A stretch of DNA of 64,000 nt from the human T2T-CHM13v2.0 reference genome, Homo sapiens. Shown piece by piece: positions 15,450 to 32,745 of the stretch (the stretch's first letter is position 1; each line of letters starts with the position of its first letter). The stretch lies in the NCBI RefSeq assembly GCF_009914755.1, contig NC_060927.1, one strand, 5' to 3'. Below the pieces are notes generated by a model. That model was not told the DNA's origin and did no database searches. It worked only from the letters and a program-made list of their open reading frames with translations. Both the position numbers and the translations under genes were made by a program.

Positions 15450-16000
15450 TGGGTAACTGTGGGCGGTAGAGATAACGTTGCCGCAGCGCCCGTCCACCTC
15501 TCCCCATCCACGCTCCCAGCGCCTGCAACTCCTCTTTCACCCTTAGCCTAAACCCAGGTTCTGGGCTTCCCTTTCCCTCCCCTGGGAGCCGCAGGCAAAA
15601 CGCGGCAAGTGGATTCAGAGTTTGCGGGCCCGGGTGCCGGCCGAGCATGCGCAGTGGCGCGAGCGCAGCGGCTACGCGGGCGCGGAGAGGTAGCCGCAGA
15701 GTGGACCTGCAGGTACTTGGATCTCCAGTGGGAGCTGCCCTCTCGAAGGCAGGACAGCGGTGGCGGCAGGTACGCGGGGGTGGGGATAGGGCCCAAAAGG
15801 AAGGCTGGACAGACAGATGGAAAGCGAAGCGTTACTCCTTTGGGGGCGCGCGGCGGCTCGGGGGCAGTATCTCCGGGTCCCCTCGCTCGCGTCTCGTCTC
15901 CTGGCTGTGCAGTGTGGCGCCCGCCGTCCTCTGGGCACGCTTCTGCCCAGTCCCGGCAGGCAGTGCCCGCAGGTGTTAAATCGCGTATTTACACTGCTTA
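15450..16000 (+). promoter_or_regulatory. PLS1: CpG-island promoter
   Basis: Only CpG/GC-dense non-Alu segment in the window. GC box gggcgg at 15461-15466, NRF1-like gagcatgcgcag at 15643-15654, no TATA. Gene identity from recall of locus order. Confidence 0.8.
15660..15769 (+). other. PLS1: Non-coding first exon (5' UTR)
   Basis: No ATG; donor CAG|GTACGC at 15769/15770, with an alternative CAG|GTACTT at 15712/15713. TSS approximate; identity by recall. Confidence 0.65.
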
Positions 16001-16894
16001 AACAATAAGCCTGTTAACTGAATTGTGATTCTATGCAATGAAATAAGGTATTTCATTAAGTTTTCTTCTTTCAACTTTGGGTGGCTGCCGGTGAGGCTTT
16101 CTGAACCAGCCTGTTTTGTTTTAATTCTGGGACTGGTTTATTTGCCTTTGGCCTTTTGGTGCATAGGATCAATAGGGCTGTAGTGAAATCCCATCCGTGC
16201 TGTTTTTGGTACCTTTCCTGGAGCATAGGGACCTCTGGATGCGGCATAAAAATGTCAGTTTTCAGCGAATTTCACTGCCAAAAAACTTTCCGTGTTTCAG
16301 CTGCATTTTCAAGTGGAGACTTAAAAAAATTTAAGATTTCTCCCTAACTTTTCAATTATTACTGTATTTCGGTCTTCATTTGGTACTATTAAAAGGAAGC
16401 GGTCGTTTAGATGAGTAACAGAATTCTCACTTTTCCTCCTTTACTTACTTACTATGTCACATTTTATGGCTTATACCGTGATATCTTTCCCTCCAGCCAC
16501 GGTGTTGGATACACTTGTATGAGGCTTCAGCTGTGCTGCATAAATTTCTTGAAGAACCTGTGAGCCAGAAGCAAAATTTCAGGACAGGGGGCACACACTG
16601 AACTTGAAGCAAGTACTTTTACACCCCCCACCACCTTTGTAATCAGCTTTCCTTTAAGTTGAATTATGTAATGAAATTCTATAGTAAAGTGTTAATGTGT
16701 AATGTGGAGGCATATATATATATAGAGAGAGAGGTAGTAAGTTTAGGAAGAGGAAATTTTAAGTTCAGGAAGAGAAACCTATATGGAAAGGGAATACAGG
16801 TATCCTGCCCCCCTTCATTCCTCCCATGATAAATGTTTTAATGGCAGAAATAATATACAGCTGGTCTAGTTTTGGCTGTAGAGACCTTTGAGGT

Positions 16895-17035
16895 CAGCCA
16901 GTTCAGCTGCTTCAGTTTACAAATGAGAAAACTGAGACCAGCGAGGTTAGATGACTTGCTGTGGCCACCCAAGCCCCTCATTGGCAAAGCTAGGCCTGGG
17001 ATCCAGGTTTTCTCATTTTCTGGGGTCTTTTTACC
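16895..17035 (-). mobile_element. MIR
   Basis: tttacaaatgagaaaactgagacc...gttagatgacttgc MIR core. Confidence 0.65.
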
Positions 17036-17975
17036 ACTCCCTGCAGATACTCTTCTTTACCTCCATTATTAAACTTCCTTTTTCTCTTCTACTTATACCA
17101 TGAAGTCTGGCTTAAGCAGAAAATTAGTTGTTTCTCTTACTAAGCTTCCTAGTACCTCATAAATTCCTTTCAAAAAGTGCCCTTTCACTGAAGCCCCACC
17201 TAACAATTTGCTGGTCCTGAAAACGCCCTCCTTCCTTCCCTCAGTCACCTGGGCCCTTTGCCCAAAATGCCTGTTTGCCTCCCTCTTTCCGTATTGAAGT
17301 CCTGCTCATGCTGCAAGGTGTAGCTCAGGTGTGACCTCTTTTTGGAAGCCTTCCTTGATTGCCTTAGCATGAAGTAGCTCTCCCTCTTCTGAACCCTATA
17401 GCACTTACTACTGTTGTTTGTGCTGTTAGTATCCCCATTGTATATAGTATCCTGAGTATTTTAGCACCTCCCAACTTCCCGACCAGGAAGTTGGCAGGTT
17501 GTGTAAGCTCTTGGAGGTTAAAGCCTATGACTTAAACATCCCACCCAGCACTAAGCACAAAGTATATTCTTAGCCCCTGTTTGTGGGAGGGAGTGGGGGA
17601 AGGAAGTGCAGTATGTATAGTTTTGTAAAGAGATTTCATGTGTGTTCTATAATATGGGGAAGGCCATGTTAGAGCTGTATCAAGACAGCAGCCAAGTCCA
17701 TTTCTGATTCCTCATATTTTGATAACAGATCACAGATTAGTTAGGGGGATTACAGGAGACAGGCGTAAAAACACGGGTCAGTTGGTCCAGGCCCTGGATT
17801 AAGCCTGTGACTCAAAGTGGAGAAAAGAGGGCACAGAATTAAGAAATGTAAAGGAAGAAGCATGTGGTGAAAGACTAAATGCAGAGAAGGAAAGACATGT
17901 TGAAAATGAATTTCAGGGTTGGGGTGTTAGTAATGGGTTTATAATGTTCTTTTTATCTTAAAAGTACCTCCAATT

Positions 17976-18308
<333 letters not shown>

Positions 18309-18428
18309 TTAGTGATGTAATTGTCTTATTTCCCGTTCTAGATGATAAGCTCTCTGAAGGATGACCTTTAACCCTTCACAATACCTGGCACATTGCTTTG
18401 CAGTATCAGACACTCAATAGTTATTACA

Positions 18429-18888
<460 letters not shown>

Positions 18889-19004
18889 AGATATTCTTAA
18901 CTAAGCTAGTTAGTGGGATAGCCAGAAGCTCTGTTCAAATTTCCTCATTACTAGACCCAAGCTCTTTTCATTAACTATTACTTTTTGAGGTTGTTGGCCC
19001 CACG

Positions 19005-19307
19005 ATTATTTTTATTTATTTATTTATTTTTTGAGACAGGGTCCCACTCTGTCACCCAGGCTGGAGTGCAGTGGCACGATCACTGCTCACTGCAGCCTTG
19101 ACCTCCCCGGGCTCAAGTGATCCTTCCCACCTCAGCCTCCCAAGTAGCTGTGGCCACAGGCACGTGCCACCATGCGTGGCTAATTTTGTATTTTTTTGTG
19201 TTTAGAGATGGGGTCTCACTATTTTTCCCAGGCTGGTCTTGAATTCTTTGGCCTGCCTCAGCCTCCCAATGTGTTAGGATTACAGGCCTGAGCCACCATG
19301 CTCAGCC
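19005..19307 (-). mobile_element. AluJ
   Basis: Antisense dimer with cagccttgacctcc..ggctcaagtgatcc. Confidence 0.85.
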
Positions 19308-19931
19308 TCCCAAGATTAATTTGAGTTGGTAGCAAGACACTCCAGTTCAAGATGTTCTGTGGACTGAAAGCCCTCAGAAACCAATCTAAGGGGGAAATTT
19401 GGTGGTCGATGAGAGAATGTGTGTGTCATCGGAAGAGGTGAAACACAAGGCTGCTGGCCAGTTCAAGGTTGAGTGTACACAGTGAGGAGGGAGTGAGGCT
19501 GGGGTCCTAGGAATCTTCACACTGGGGAGTTGAAGTCTGGAAAGGTCATGGTAGCTTAGCTTGTCAGAGGCAGACACAAATGGGTTGGCCCAAAGTCCTT
19601 GGGACTGAGAGTCTATTTCCTAGATATATTGTACACTACCAGGAGGTGGTGAGCAATGGCTTTGGAGAGGGTAGGCCAGGTGCAGTGAGGGTAGGCCAGG
19701 AGGGTGGCACCAAAGGGTGGTGTTTATGACCCAAGAACATGGGGGTGAGGTAAGGCTGAGAGAGAGACAATTGTGATCAGATTCTACCTGGAAAAACAAG
19801 ACAGAAAGCAGTGCTGCTGAATCCAAACTTCCAGTTCAAGAGGTGGTTTGGAATATTTGTTTACTTGGAACAGATGTTGCATTTTGCAAATCATAGCCAT
19901 TTTGCAAATCAAAACACAGCCTTTCCATTGA

Positions 19932-20500
<569 letters not shown>

Positions 20501-20774
20501 TCATGATGACGTTAGTGAAAATTGATTAGGCAGATGCAAAATCAGGTAGTATGTTGAAGTTAATGTCTCATACACTTAAATGTCCAAATATTAAATCCTA
20601 GAATTTACCATGGCCCTTTGTAAAATGACAAATATCTTTCTTAAAATAATAATAGTAATATTAGTAACTAGTATTACAGAATATCTTCCATGAACCAGGC
20701 ACTATACTAAATACAAGTAATATATCATTTCATCTTTATAAACCATCCTGTGAGATAGGTGCAACAATTACTCA

Positions 20775-21067
20775 TTTATTTTTAATTTTTATTTTTTAAA
20801 AACAGGGTTTCAGTCTGTCACCCAATCTGGAGTGGAATGGCACAGTCATAACTCACTGTAACCTTGAACTCCTGGGCTCAAGCAGTCCTCCCGCCTCAGC
20901 CTCCCAGGTGTGGACCAACGTGCCCGGCTTATTAAAAAAAATTTTTTTATAGTGATAAGGTCTTGCTATGTTGTCTAGGCTGATCTCAAACTTTTAGCCT
21001 CAAGCAATCCTCCCACCTCAGCTTCCCGAAGCCCTGAGATTACAGGCATGAACCACTGCACCTGACC
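20775..21067 (-). mobile_element. AluJ inserted in a MIR (~20660-21200)
   Basis: Antisense dimer; MIR continues after it (cattttctagatgagaaaattgaggcttagagag). Confidence 0.8.
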
Positions 21068-22096
21068 TACCCTCATTTTCTAGATGAGAAAATTGAGGCT
21101 TAGAGAGATAGATAAAAGCATTTATCTGAGGTCATATAGTTTACAAGTGGCTGAGCTGAGATTTGACCCCAGGCCTATCTGACTTTATACACTGAGCGCT
21201 CAAATAACTTAATCAAATATCTTAACAAAAATGCAAAGCTCTTTCTGAGGTAACTCTAACAGATGCTTAGAATAGCCACAGGTTTCAGCTGGTGGAACCA
21301 CCAACATTCTTTGAGCCACATTTAAAAAAACCAAAACAACAGTGGTAAATCGTTCCGGTTTTTTTTTTTTTTCATTCCACTTAGTCTTTATCTCCTTTTC
21401 TCTTGAAGCATTCCTAGAGAAAGGGACAGCAGCTTTTTCTCTGGGTACACCATTAAAGCCACTTCTGATCTGCTCCCACCCTCTTTTGGGGTGGAGCTGT
21501 GATTGGGGAGTGAGTTGGTGGTCATCCAGGGCGTGTCTGTGGAGTTGGCAATGGGAAACTGGGAAGCTCACCTTGTGTAGGAGCCTAAGAACTCTGGAGT
21601 GACCAGGTATAAGGATTTCTTTCCCTGGGGTGTCAGGATCCACTGCTGGAAGCTCCTGGAATATCTATGGATCATGACTCTAATCTTAGGCCTTTGAACT
21701 ATGGCCATAAACCCCCAGGAAGAATCCAGGTGTGAACACATTCTCCCCCAATTTTTAAGATTGGGGAGTTGTGAAGTCCCTGTGGACTAATTGGAGGTGG
21801 GTGTGGATACCTCAGGAAAGGCCCCAGGTCAAAGACAAATAATTTAAAGGCCCCCCCCACCCCATAGGCCCCAGCTTTGACCTGTGAGAAAATGTGCTCC
21901 TCTCCCTCCTCTTGATGAACCTAATTACATAGAGAACTTACTCTCCTGGGAGTCTCAAAATGGAACTCAGCTGAGAGCGTGCTTCCCTCCCTTGCTGCCT
22001 GAGCTCTCTTTCCATTTCCTGGTTCTGCTTTACCTTCCCCTGAGTGGTTCTGTGTTCCCAGGATATGAAAGGCAGGGCCGCAGCTTCTGGCTTCAC

Positions 22097-22206
22097 CGGG
22101 CTAATTTTTGTATTTTTAGTAGAGTCGGGGTTTCACCATGTTGGCCAGGCTGGTCGCCAACTCCTGACCTCAAGTGACTCGCCCGCCTCAGCCTCCCAAA
22201 GTGTTG
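22097..22206 (-). mobile_element. Isolated Alu left-arm fragment
   Basis: ccgggctaattttt...cctcccaaagtgttg; no tail or TSD. Confidence 0.8.
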
Positions 22207-22740
22207 AGGCTGAGGCCACCTCTGGCCCTCATTCTCTCAACATTCAAAAGCTTGTCACTTCATCCAGTTCCGAATTAACATTTTACTCTGGCTGATGATG
22301 AACGTCGGGGAGAAAGAGACATTTGTGCTGCATACGGGTTTATTGGTTATAAAATGGTTATACAATTTTGATTGCTGGAAACTTTGCTGACATGTAAGGT
22401 CACATGAGATGTGAGGCTGTTCAACTTTGATCATCTGATTTCTTTTTAGCACTGTGTCTGAAAGTGCCTATGTGCCGTTTTTGGTGAGACATATGTAGCA
22501 TGGCTTCTGTAAAGGCACGTTGCTTTTTATTATAGTAATATTGTGGGCACAGAAAGGGTGAGGAGTTAGATGATTGGGAGAGTTTTTTCTTACTTAAAAC
22601 ACTTGTTTCATCAGAAAATATTTCCTAGCAGAGTTAGACATAGCTTTGTTCATAAAGTCCAGTGGTGAAGGGACTTCAGACTTTACGATAAACTAAATTT
22701 TATGATTGACTTTTGTGAGCAATTCACAGCTATAAAACTA

Positions 22741-23035
<295 letters not shown>

Positions 23036-23890
23036 TACCTACAAGAACATCTGGGTGATAACTCACTGCACACAGACATGCCTCCTTCAAAAGATCCAAG
23101 CTGACCACAAAAAAAAAGGAGAAACTGTCTTTTCTTGATAGTAAATTGGATGGAGACATTAGTAAGGTAGAAGGTGTCTGAGGGGCTTCTTCATGATAAA
23201 AAGCAAAAGGTTTTGGGGTGTCACTGACCCAAAATATTAGCAGAAATCAGATTTACTCTATTATTGAGGAACACAATACATTAAATTGTTTATAGATCCA
23301 GTTTCAAGAAAGAAGATGTTTATATTAAAAAAATGACAAAAGCTCCTTCAATTTTTTTGAGAACTAAGAAATAAGAGATTTTAGCAGTACTGCCAAAATA
23401 GAATTTGGATTTGAATTTAAGACACTGGTAAATGTGTGTGGAAGGATCGGTCTTGTTAATTACACCTTGGACCAAGGGCTGCTTGGAATGAATAAAAGAG
23501 GGGGAAAGGTTTAGACAAGTAGAATCTCTAGGTTGATATCAAGTTAGTATTTATAATCTTTGTAAATAAACCAAAACCTCTCAAAGACTCCTGCTGTCTC
23601 TTCCTGGAGAGCACTCTGAATTCTTTCCTGGCGGTCTCCCTTTTCCTTCCCCTCTCCCCAGGTTTAAGATCATTGGGACATCCTTTTGGTCAAGGAAATG
23701 TTTCTAAGAGTGACCTAGTTATTGGAATTTTAAGTGTTAATCAGGTCAGTGAGGTGCCATCTGTGAAACACAGCTCACCAAAACCCAATGTTTTTCATCA
23801 GAAGTTGTCATGGAAGTGAGTTGATTTTGGAAAAACAACAATAATAGCAATTTGCTTGATCCCTTTCTTATCCTCAAATAGCCAAATTAA

Positions 23891-24201
<311 letters not shown>

Positions 24202-24632
24202 TTCAAGATTATTATCAGTGGAAAAAGGAAATCTGAAAATCTCTGAATGTTTAGTGGTCAATTAAAATGAGTCTTAGGGCAATTTAAAGTTTAGATACCT
24301 GAAACCAGTTGGCCTATGATCAGAACCATGGATGAGAAGTCAAAGTCTGTGATTCTGTTTCTGACCCCATGAGAAGGAAGGCCTTCTCTTCAGCTGTAGG
24401 TTTGATAATTAAACAAGATAGTGGATGTGAAAGTAACTAGTCAACTACAAGATAGAGGAAAGGCATTTATTGATGTTTAAAAAAGCTTTCTGATTTTACT
24501 TCCTTTCACTGATAAGTGGCCAAGACTTAGAGAATGACTTGCCTGCTGGAGGTTGCCTGATTTGAAACTGCCAGAAATTAAACTCATAACTGTGTCTTAT
24601 AATTTCAACATTTGAAAAAATGTCAGGGTTAA

Positions 24633-24856
24633 TTTTTTTGAGACAGAGTCTTGCTCCGTTGCTCAGGCTGGAGTGAGGGGCACAATCTTGGCTCACTGCA
24701 ACCTTTCGCCTCCCGGGTTCAAGTGATTCTCCTGCTTCATCCTCCCCAGTAGCTGGGGTTACAGGCATGTGCCACCATGCCCAGCTAATTTTTGTATTTC
24801 TAGTAGAGACATGGTTTCTCCATGTTGTCCAGGCTGATCTCGAACTCCTGACCTCA
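24633..24856 (-). mobile_element. 5'-truncated AluS
   Basis: Antisense; ends at cctgacctca. Confidence 0.8.
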
Positions 24857-25699
24857 TGGGACTTCAGTCTAGCTCCAAATCTAGTGCTCTTGCAGTCAAT
24901 TCATATTTTCTTCTGTTACTGACCATATGAAATAATTCCTCTATGAAATTTATGTGCAATTTTTATAAAAGTCTAAATGTATTTTATGGCTAACCCTCAA
25001 CTATGGAGCATATTAACATTAAAATGAGTTCTTGAAATAAGAGTTGATTAACATGGGAAAATATCCATCTCTTTCATCTTGAACAAAGTAGTTTTGTTTT
25101 AAAACTTATACTTCCTGCTAATGTACATCTGGAATGTGTAGGATAAAAGATTAAACTTTCTAAATATTTTACAAAGTTATATTCTCCCTATGTGATATAT
25201 ATTGTTCTGTGGGAGACTAAGCCTTAATTGAAGTATTTCTGCAAGGTTACTATAAGCATTTCTCATACCACTAGGACAATAAATAATGGGAGAACCCAAA
25301 ACATTGTAATTTTCTAGTAATTCAGAGGAAATAACTGAATCCTGAAACATTGTACAAAAGGGTACACAATGATACCCATTTTTGCATGTTAATGTATTAT
25401 TAAATATCAGTGGGAATAGTCTGCATGCTATTTCACATCTCAGGCACACTTAAGGAAGACCTTGTGATGTGCATGTTGCTCATTTAATCTAGAAAGGATA
25501 CCAAGATTCATTTAGAACTTCTTTATGCACAGTTTTTTTTTGAGTATGTTATGTCCTGAGGCATTAAGGGTATTACTAAAGCAAGCAGCGGGACTTCTCA
25601 GAGAAATTAAAGGTTTCATATCAACCACACGTTGTCAAAATCTTCACTTTGAATAGGATTAAATGATGTTTCATCAGTATTCTTGGCACACATGACATT

Positions 25700-27160
<1,461 letters not shown>

Positions 27161-27229
27161 CATTGATTTTTAGTATTCAGGGCAACTTGATCAGAATTGG
27201 AAATCAGCAGAATGTGGTTGGTGGGAAAT

Positions 27230-27402
27230 TATTTTAATTTATTTTTATTTTTAAAATTTATCCTATTTTATTTATTTTTAGAGACAGGGTCTGCCATGTT
27301 GCCCATGCTGGTCTCAAACTCCTGGGCTCAGGCAGTTCTCCTGCTTTGGCCTCCCAAACTGCTGGGATTATTATAGGCATGAGCCACCCACTATGCCTGG
27401 CT
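27230..27402 (-). mobile_element. FLAM-type Alu monomer
   Basis: Single left-arm monomer with T-rich tail. Confidence 0.75.
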
Positions 27403-28457
27403 GGGAAACTCTTAGGAATTTTAAAAATTCAGTTGCCTCTGGAAGATGAGCAGACATTTAACTTAAGATATGTTTTCCTAACAAGAGCTTGATCACATTG
27501 GAAGATGATCAAATTCGGTAGTGGAGTTTATCTTCATGACTGTTATGAGACAGCATCTAACCTAAAGGTAAAGCCAAAGATACATTTTTCACTGCTTTAA
27601 GAGAATGTTGTTTTGCTTGTAATAAAACATAAAGTTAATAGAAATTCACATTAACTTTTAGAATTCCATAGTACTATGGCAGCAAGCATCCAATGTATAT
27701 TGAGTACTTCCACCTACATCAATCCCAGTAATTCTCAAAATGCTTTGTGAAGGGAGTAGGAACTGAGGCTCAAAGAGGCTGTGTCATTTGGTCTGAGACT
27801 CACATAGCTTGTCAGTAGAAGAGATGAGATTTGAACTCAGGGCTGTGGAAGCCTATACTCTGCTGCCTGCCAGACTCCAGAGTTTCCAGTGGTTTTAAAT
27901 CATGAATGTATCAAAGGACACAGGCTTGAGTCCTTATCTTACTGGATATTTTTACTGCCAGCCAAAGGAGATAGTATGTCTCTGTGTTTAAGGCCCCACT
28001 GAAATTGGTTGGTCCGGTTAACAGCATACCTGTTGACTGCTAACAAAGGGAAACTAAGCCAGCTTTGCCTGGGGCACTAATTCCTGCCACATGTCTTCTG
28101 AAAATGCAGCCTGAGGGTCATAAAGCAGGCAATGAGCTATGTGGGAGAACAACATTAGCTGAGTATGTTTGCCAGCAGTTACATTGCTCAATGTATGTCT
28201 TAGTTACTTCTCAAGTTTTTTCAATAAGTGAGTGTCAGAGAGGATTTAATTTTAAATATTTATCTTTAAATTGGAGTAGATGTGGTAATACTGTGTGAAT
28301 GCACTTGAAATGGAATAATAAAGTTGCATAGATAGTTGTCTGAGGAAGGTTTGGAAAATTTCCCTGCTTATTCAGCTAATTTTTGTAAACTGCCCAAGAT
28401 GATTGATCACAGATTAATACAAAGTTTCTTTCTATACTACCAAAATATCAGACTTTA

Positions 28458-28837
28458 TGTATTAGTCAGGATAGAGTAGTCTGTGCTGCAGTAACAAATT
28501 AACTGTGACATCTCCATTACTGTCTTGCTCATGTAAATGTCAGTGTTTATTGGCTGTTCTCCAGGGCAGCTCACCTATATGCAATGACTCAGAAATCCAG
28601 GCTGCTGTGATTTTTGTGACTTTGCTTTCCTAACATGGGGCTTTCAAGTGGTCCCACCAGAGGAAGGGGAACTGGATGATCACGTACAGCTCTGAAATGC
28701 TTTGGCCTAGAGTGACAAATATCACTTTGACTCACAGCCTGTTGGCTAGAACTAAGCTCATCACCCTGCTTAATAGCAAGGGCCTAGAAATAAGAGGGAG
28801 CACATAGGTATTCAGTGAACAATAAATGTCTTTTGCA
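28458..28837 (-). mobile_element. MaLR solo LTR (MLT1I/J-like)
   Basis: tgtattagtcaggata...gctgcagtaacaaa start; ttggctagaacta...gcaaggg...gtgaaca end. Confidence 0.7.
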
Positions 28838-29105
28838 TCCCTGGTTTTAGAGCAACAGAAGCAGTTAAATCGTTTGCCAAAGTCTCTTCTGTAGAGATAG
28901 AAAAGTGGACTGAATATTTAGTGATAATTACTTGATAAAAAATTGTAAGTGAATTTTGCCGTAAACTATTAACATTTGCAATAATTTATGTATAGCTGAT
29001 TTAGCAACCTGATTTCCATTTGTGGATATGGTTATACCTTCTAAGGGTATAACAATAAAGTTAGCTTCTTTTACATTATAATACTTCAGCTGATGGTGCT
29101 GATGA

Positions 29106-29396
<291 letters not shown>

Positions 29397-30183
29397 TAAG
29401 TATCTCCTATGTGCCAGGTACTCTAAGTGTTTTATATGAATTACGTTAATTTAGATTGGGCAGTGCAGTTTCATCTCTATGGTAAATATTCTCCAGTTCC
29501 ATCAACTTGCCTTGTTTGAATGGTGCCTAGATTAGACCCATCACCGTGCAGATAGCTCCCCTCTAGAAACCAGATTGTCACTAAATTACCTTAAAAATAA
29601 TGCTCCGTAGGTTGAATGTGACACTGTGGATATTGTCTAACTAGCACAGAGTACAGTAAGATCTAACATTTACTGTGATTCGGATCATACTTAAATATAG
29701 CAGCTTAAGACTTTGTAAACCTTTTAAGCAGCCATATCTAAAAATAAGCTTAAGGTGAACTAAGCCCATAGGATGTTTTTTTAATATAATTTTTTCCCAA
29801 ATGAATTTTCCTGTGTTTTTGTGATTCTAATATTGTCTTAAAATGGATATATTTGATGAATGTAGAATTCTCTTGTTAGTTTGTCCTTTTGATGTCCCCT
29901 TTCCCTACTCTCTTCAGTGTGGCCTCAAATTCCACCATTAGAATGATAGGATGACAAAGACTCTCGCTGGGCCACACAGACTGGGGCAGTCCTCTCTTAC
30001 TCAGTTTTCAAAAAGGCTCTTGGTTGTTTGAGCACAACTATCTTTACCACATATGAGGAGCCCCATCTCAGGCTTTTCATGTTGATTCCACATTCATTCA
30101 TCAAAAAGCTGAACACAATTTTGGGCCCAGGCACTGAGCTAGGCCTCATCTGTCTCTACCATTGTAGAGCTAACAGTCTAGAC

Positions 30184-30519
30184 CAGAAGTTGGCAAACTT
30201 TTTCTGTAAGGGGCCAAGTAATAAATATTTTAGGCTTTGTGTTTCATGTGGTCTCTGTCTCTGCTACCTAACTCTGCCCTTGTAGCATGAAGGCTGCTAT
30301 AGACAATATGTTCACGAATAAGCATAGCTGTCTTCCAATAAACTTTATTTGTGGGCACTGAAATGTTAATTTCTTGTAATTTTCCCTTGTCACAAACTAT
30401 TATTCTTTTGATTTTTCTCTTAGCTGTTTAAGAATGTAAAAACTGTTTTTAGTTCACAGGTTATATGCAAGCAGGCAGTGGACCAGATTTGGCCTTCAGG
30501 CTGAGTTTGTCAACCCCTG
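30184..30519 (+). mobile_element. MER58B-like hAT MITE
   Basis: TIRs cagaagttggcaaact / agtttgtcaacccctg; 8-bp TSD gtctaga(c/a). Confidence 0.85.
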
Positions 30520-30590
30520 GTCTAGAATGAGCTCTGTGTTATTTTATTCTCACAAATACATAGTGAACTGCCTTAATAATTACTTAAATT

Positions 30591-30890
<300 letters not shown>

Positions 30891-31855
30891 TAGTACGTAT
30901 ATAGTATTATATATAGTATGTATGTAGTGTTATATAGTATGTACATACTATATACATAAGCGCACACACATATTGCTTTTGAGGACCATTGATTTTATGA
31001 TAATCATGAATCACCAATATTGAAAATAATACCTAATATCTATTGGGCATTTACTATTACATATATTAGGCCTTTTTCTAAGCCTTTTGCTATTTGTTTT
31101 AATTAAGCCTCCCTGAAACTGTATGAAGTTGGTATTATTATCTTCTTAACTTTTTAGCTGTGAAACCAAGACTCAGAAAGGTTAAATGACTTGTTTAAGG
31201 TGATATAGTTAGTAGAAGCAGACATTCTCAAGAATTCTAACTCTAAAACCAGCGCTCTCAATGACATATTATGCTTCTCTAGGTACTGAAATATATGTGC
31301 AAAAGTCATTAGGCCATTTTTTTATTACGATGTAAGAAAATAGAAGTAAAGATTAAAAAATTATTTTTCCTAAGAAACAAGTACATCATTGAAAGAGGAA
31401 TTTAGCAAATAAGTGCTTTAATAGTTCTCACTGGTTTAACTTTAACTTGTTTCTGTCCATGAGAAAAGATGATCAACTCCAACTCTAACTCAGGATAAAC
31501 AGCATGCTGGGATGTTTCCCTTTTCTGAACTTAATTAACACTGATAATCGGGGCAGGGCTGGATTTACAGTGTAATGATGTGTCCAGTGCCAAAATTGTA
31601 ATACAGGTACATTGTATTTGTATATAAGGTTTAGAGAATGCTCTGTTATATGTGATAAGTGATGTGAAAGTGCTTTGTGACCTGCAAATCATATTCCAAA
31701 GGGATCATTGTTCATCATCCCGGTGGCTCATTCCACTGTAGATATAGCCTTAGTCCTACCTTCATGTTACTTTAGTTGGATCAGTAGAAAAGGTTAGATC
31801 TCAAGTAAACACAACTGAAAGATTCCTAGTGGACTATTTAAAATTTCCCTTCACC

Positions 31856-31990
31856 AGCCAGTTGTGGTGTTGTGCACCTATACTCCTAGCTACTGAAGAG
31901 GCTGAGGTGGGAGGATCAGTTGGAGCCCAGGAGCTGGAGTCTAGCCTGGTCAATACAGCAAGACCCTGTCTCAAAAAAAGAAAAAAAAAA
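31856..31990 (+). mobile_element. FLAM_A-like monomer
   Basis: Monomer with A-tail; TSD-like aaaat(tt)ccctt. Confidence 0.75.
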
Positions 31991-32024
31991 TCCCTTATTT
32001 AACTTTGAGCCTGTTTTATATTTA

Positions 32025-32316
32025 ATTTTTATTTTTTTTTGAGACAGAGTATCAGTCTGTCACCCAGGCCGGAGTGTGGTGGCACAATCTTGGCTCACTC
32101 CAACTTCTGCCTCCTGGATGTTCTCCTGCCTCAGCCTCCTGAGTAGCCGGGATTACAGGCATGTACCACCACACCTAACTAATTTTTGTATTTTCAGTAG
32201 AGATGGGGTTTCACCCATGTTGACAAGGCTGGTCTCGAACTCCCAACCTCAGGTGATCTGCCTGCCTCCGCCTCCCAAAGTGCTGGGATTACAGGCGTGA
32301 GCCACCGTGCCCGGCC
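32025..32316 (-). mobile_element. AluS
   Basis: Antisense dimer. Confidence 0.87.
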
Positions 32317-32445
32317 AATTTTCAGTCTGTTTTATGTTGAACCAGGAGAAAAGGACTAAAGAATCTATTCTCATCCTGGAAAGTCTGAGAAGAAAGAGAA
32401 GTAGGATCAGATACAGTTTACTTTCCCATTTAAGTTCTGGGCTTA

Positions 32446-32745
<300 letters not shown>

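Noticed and set aside
15776-15791. Possible G-quadruplex just inside intron 1
   Set aside because: Only three G-runs (ggggg, gggg, ggg) in close spacing; not a canonical four-run motif.
15193-16008. Cluster of 60-151 aa ORFs on both strands
   Set aside because: Stop-codon depletion in a GC-rich CpG island plus MER5A; low-complexity Arg/Ala/Gly/Pro content with no recognisable domain.
21209-21643. 144-aa minus-strand ORF
   Set aside because: GTG start, crosses a homopolymer run, no recognisable homology; consistent with chance.
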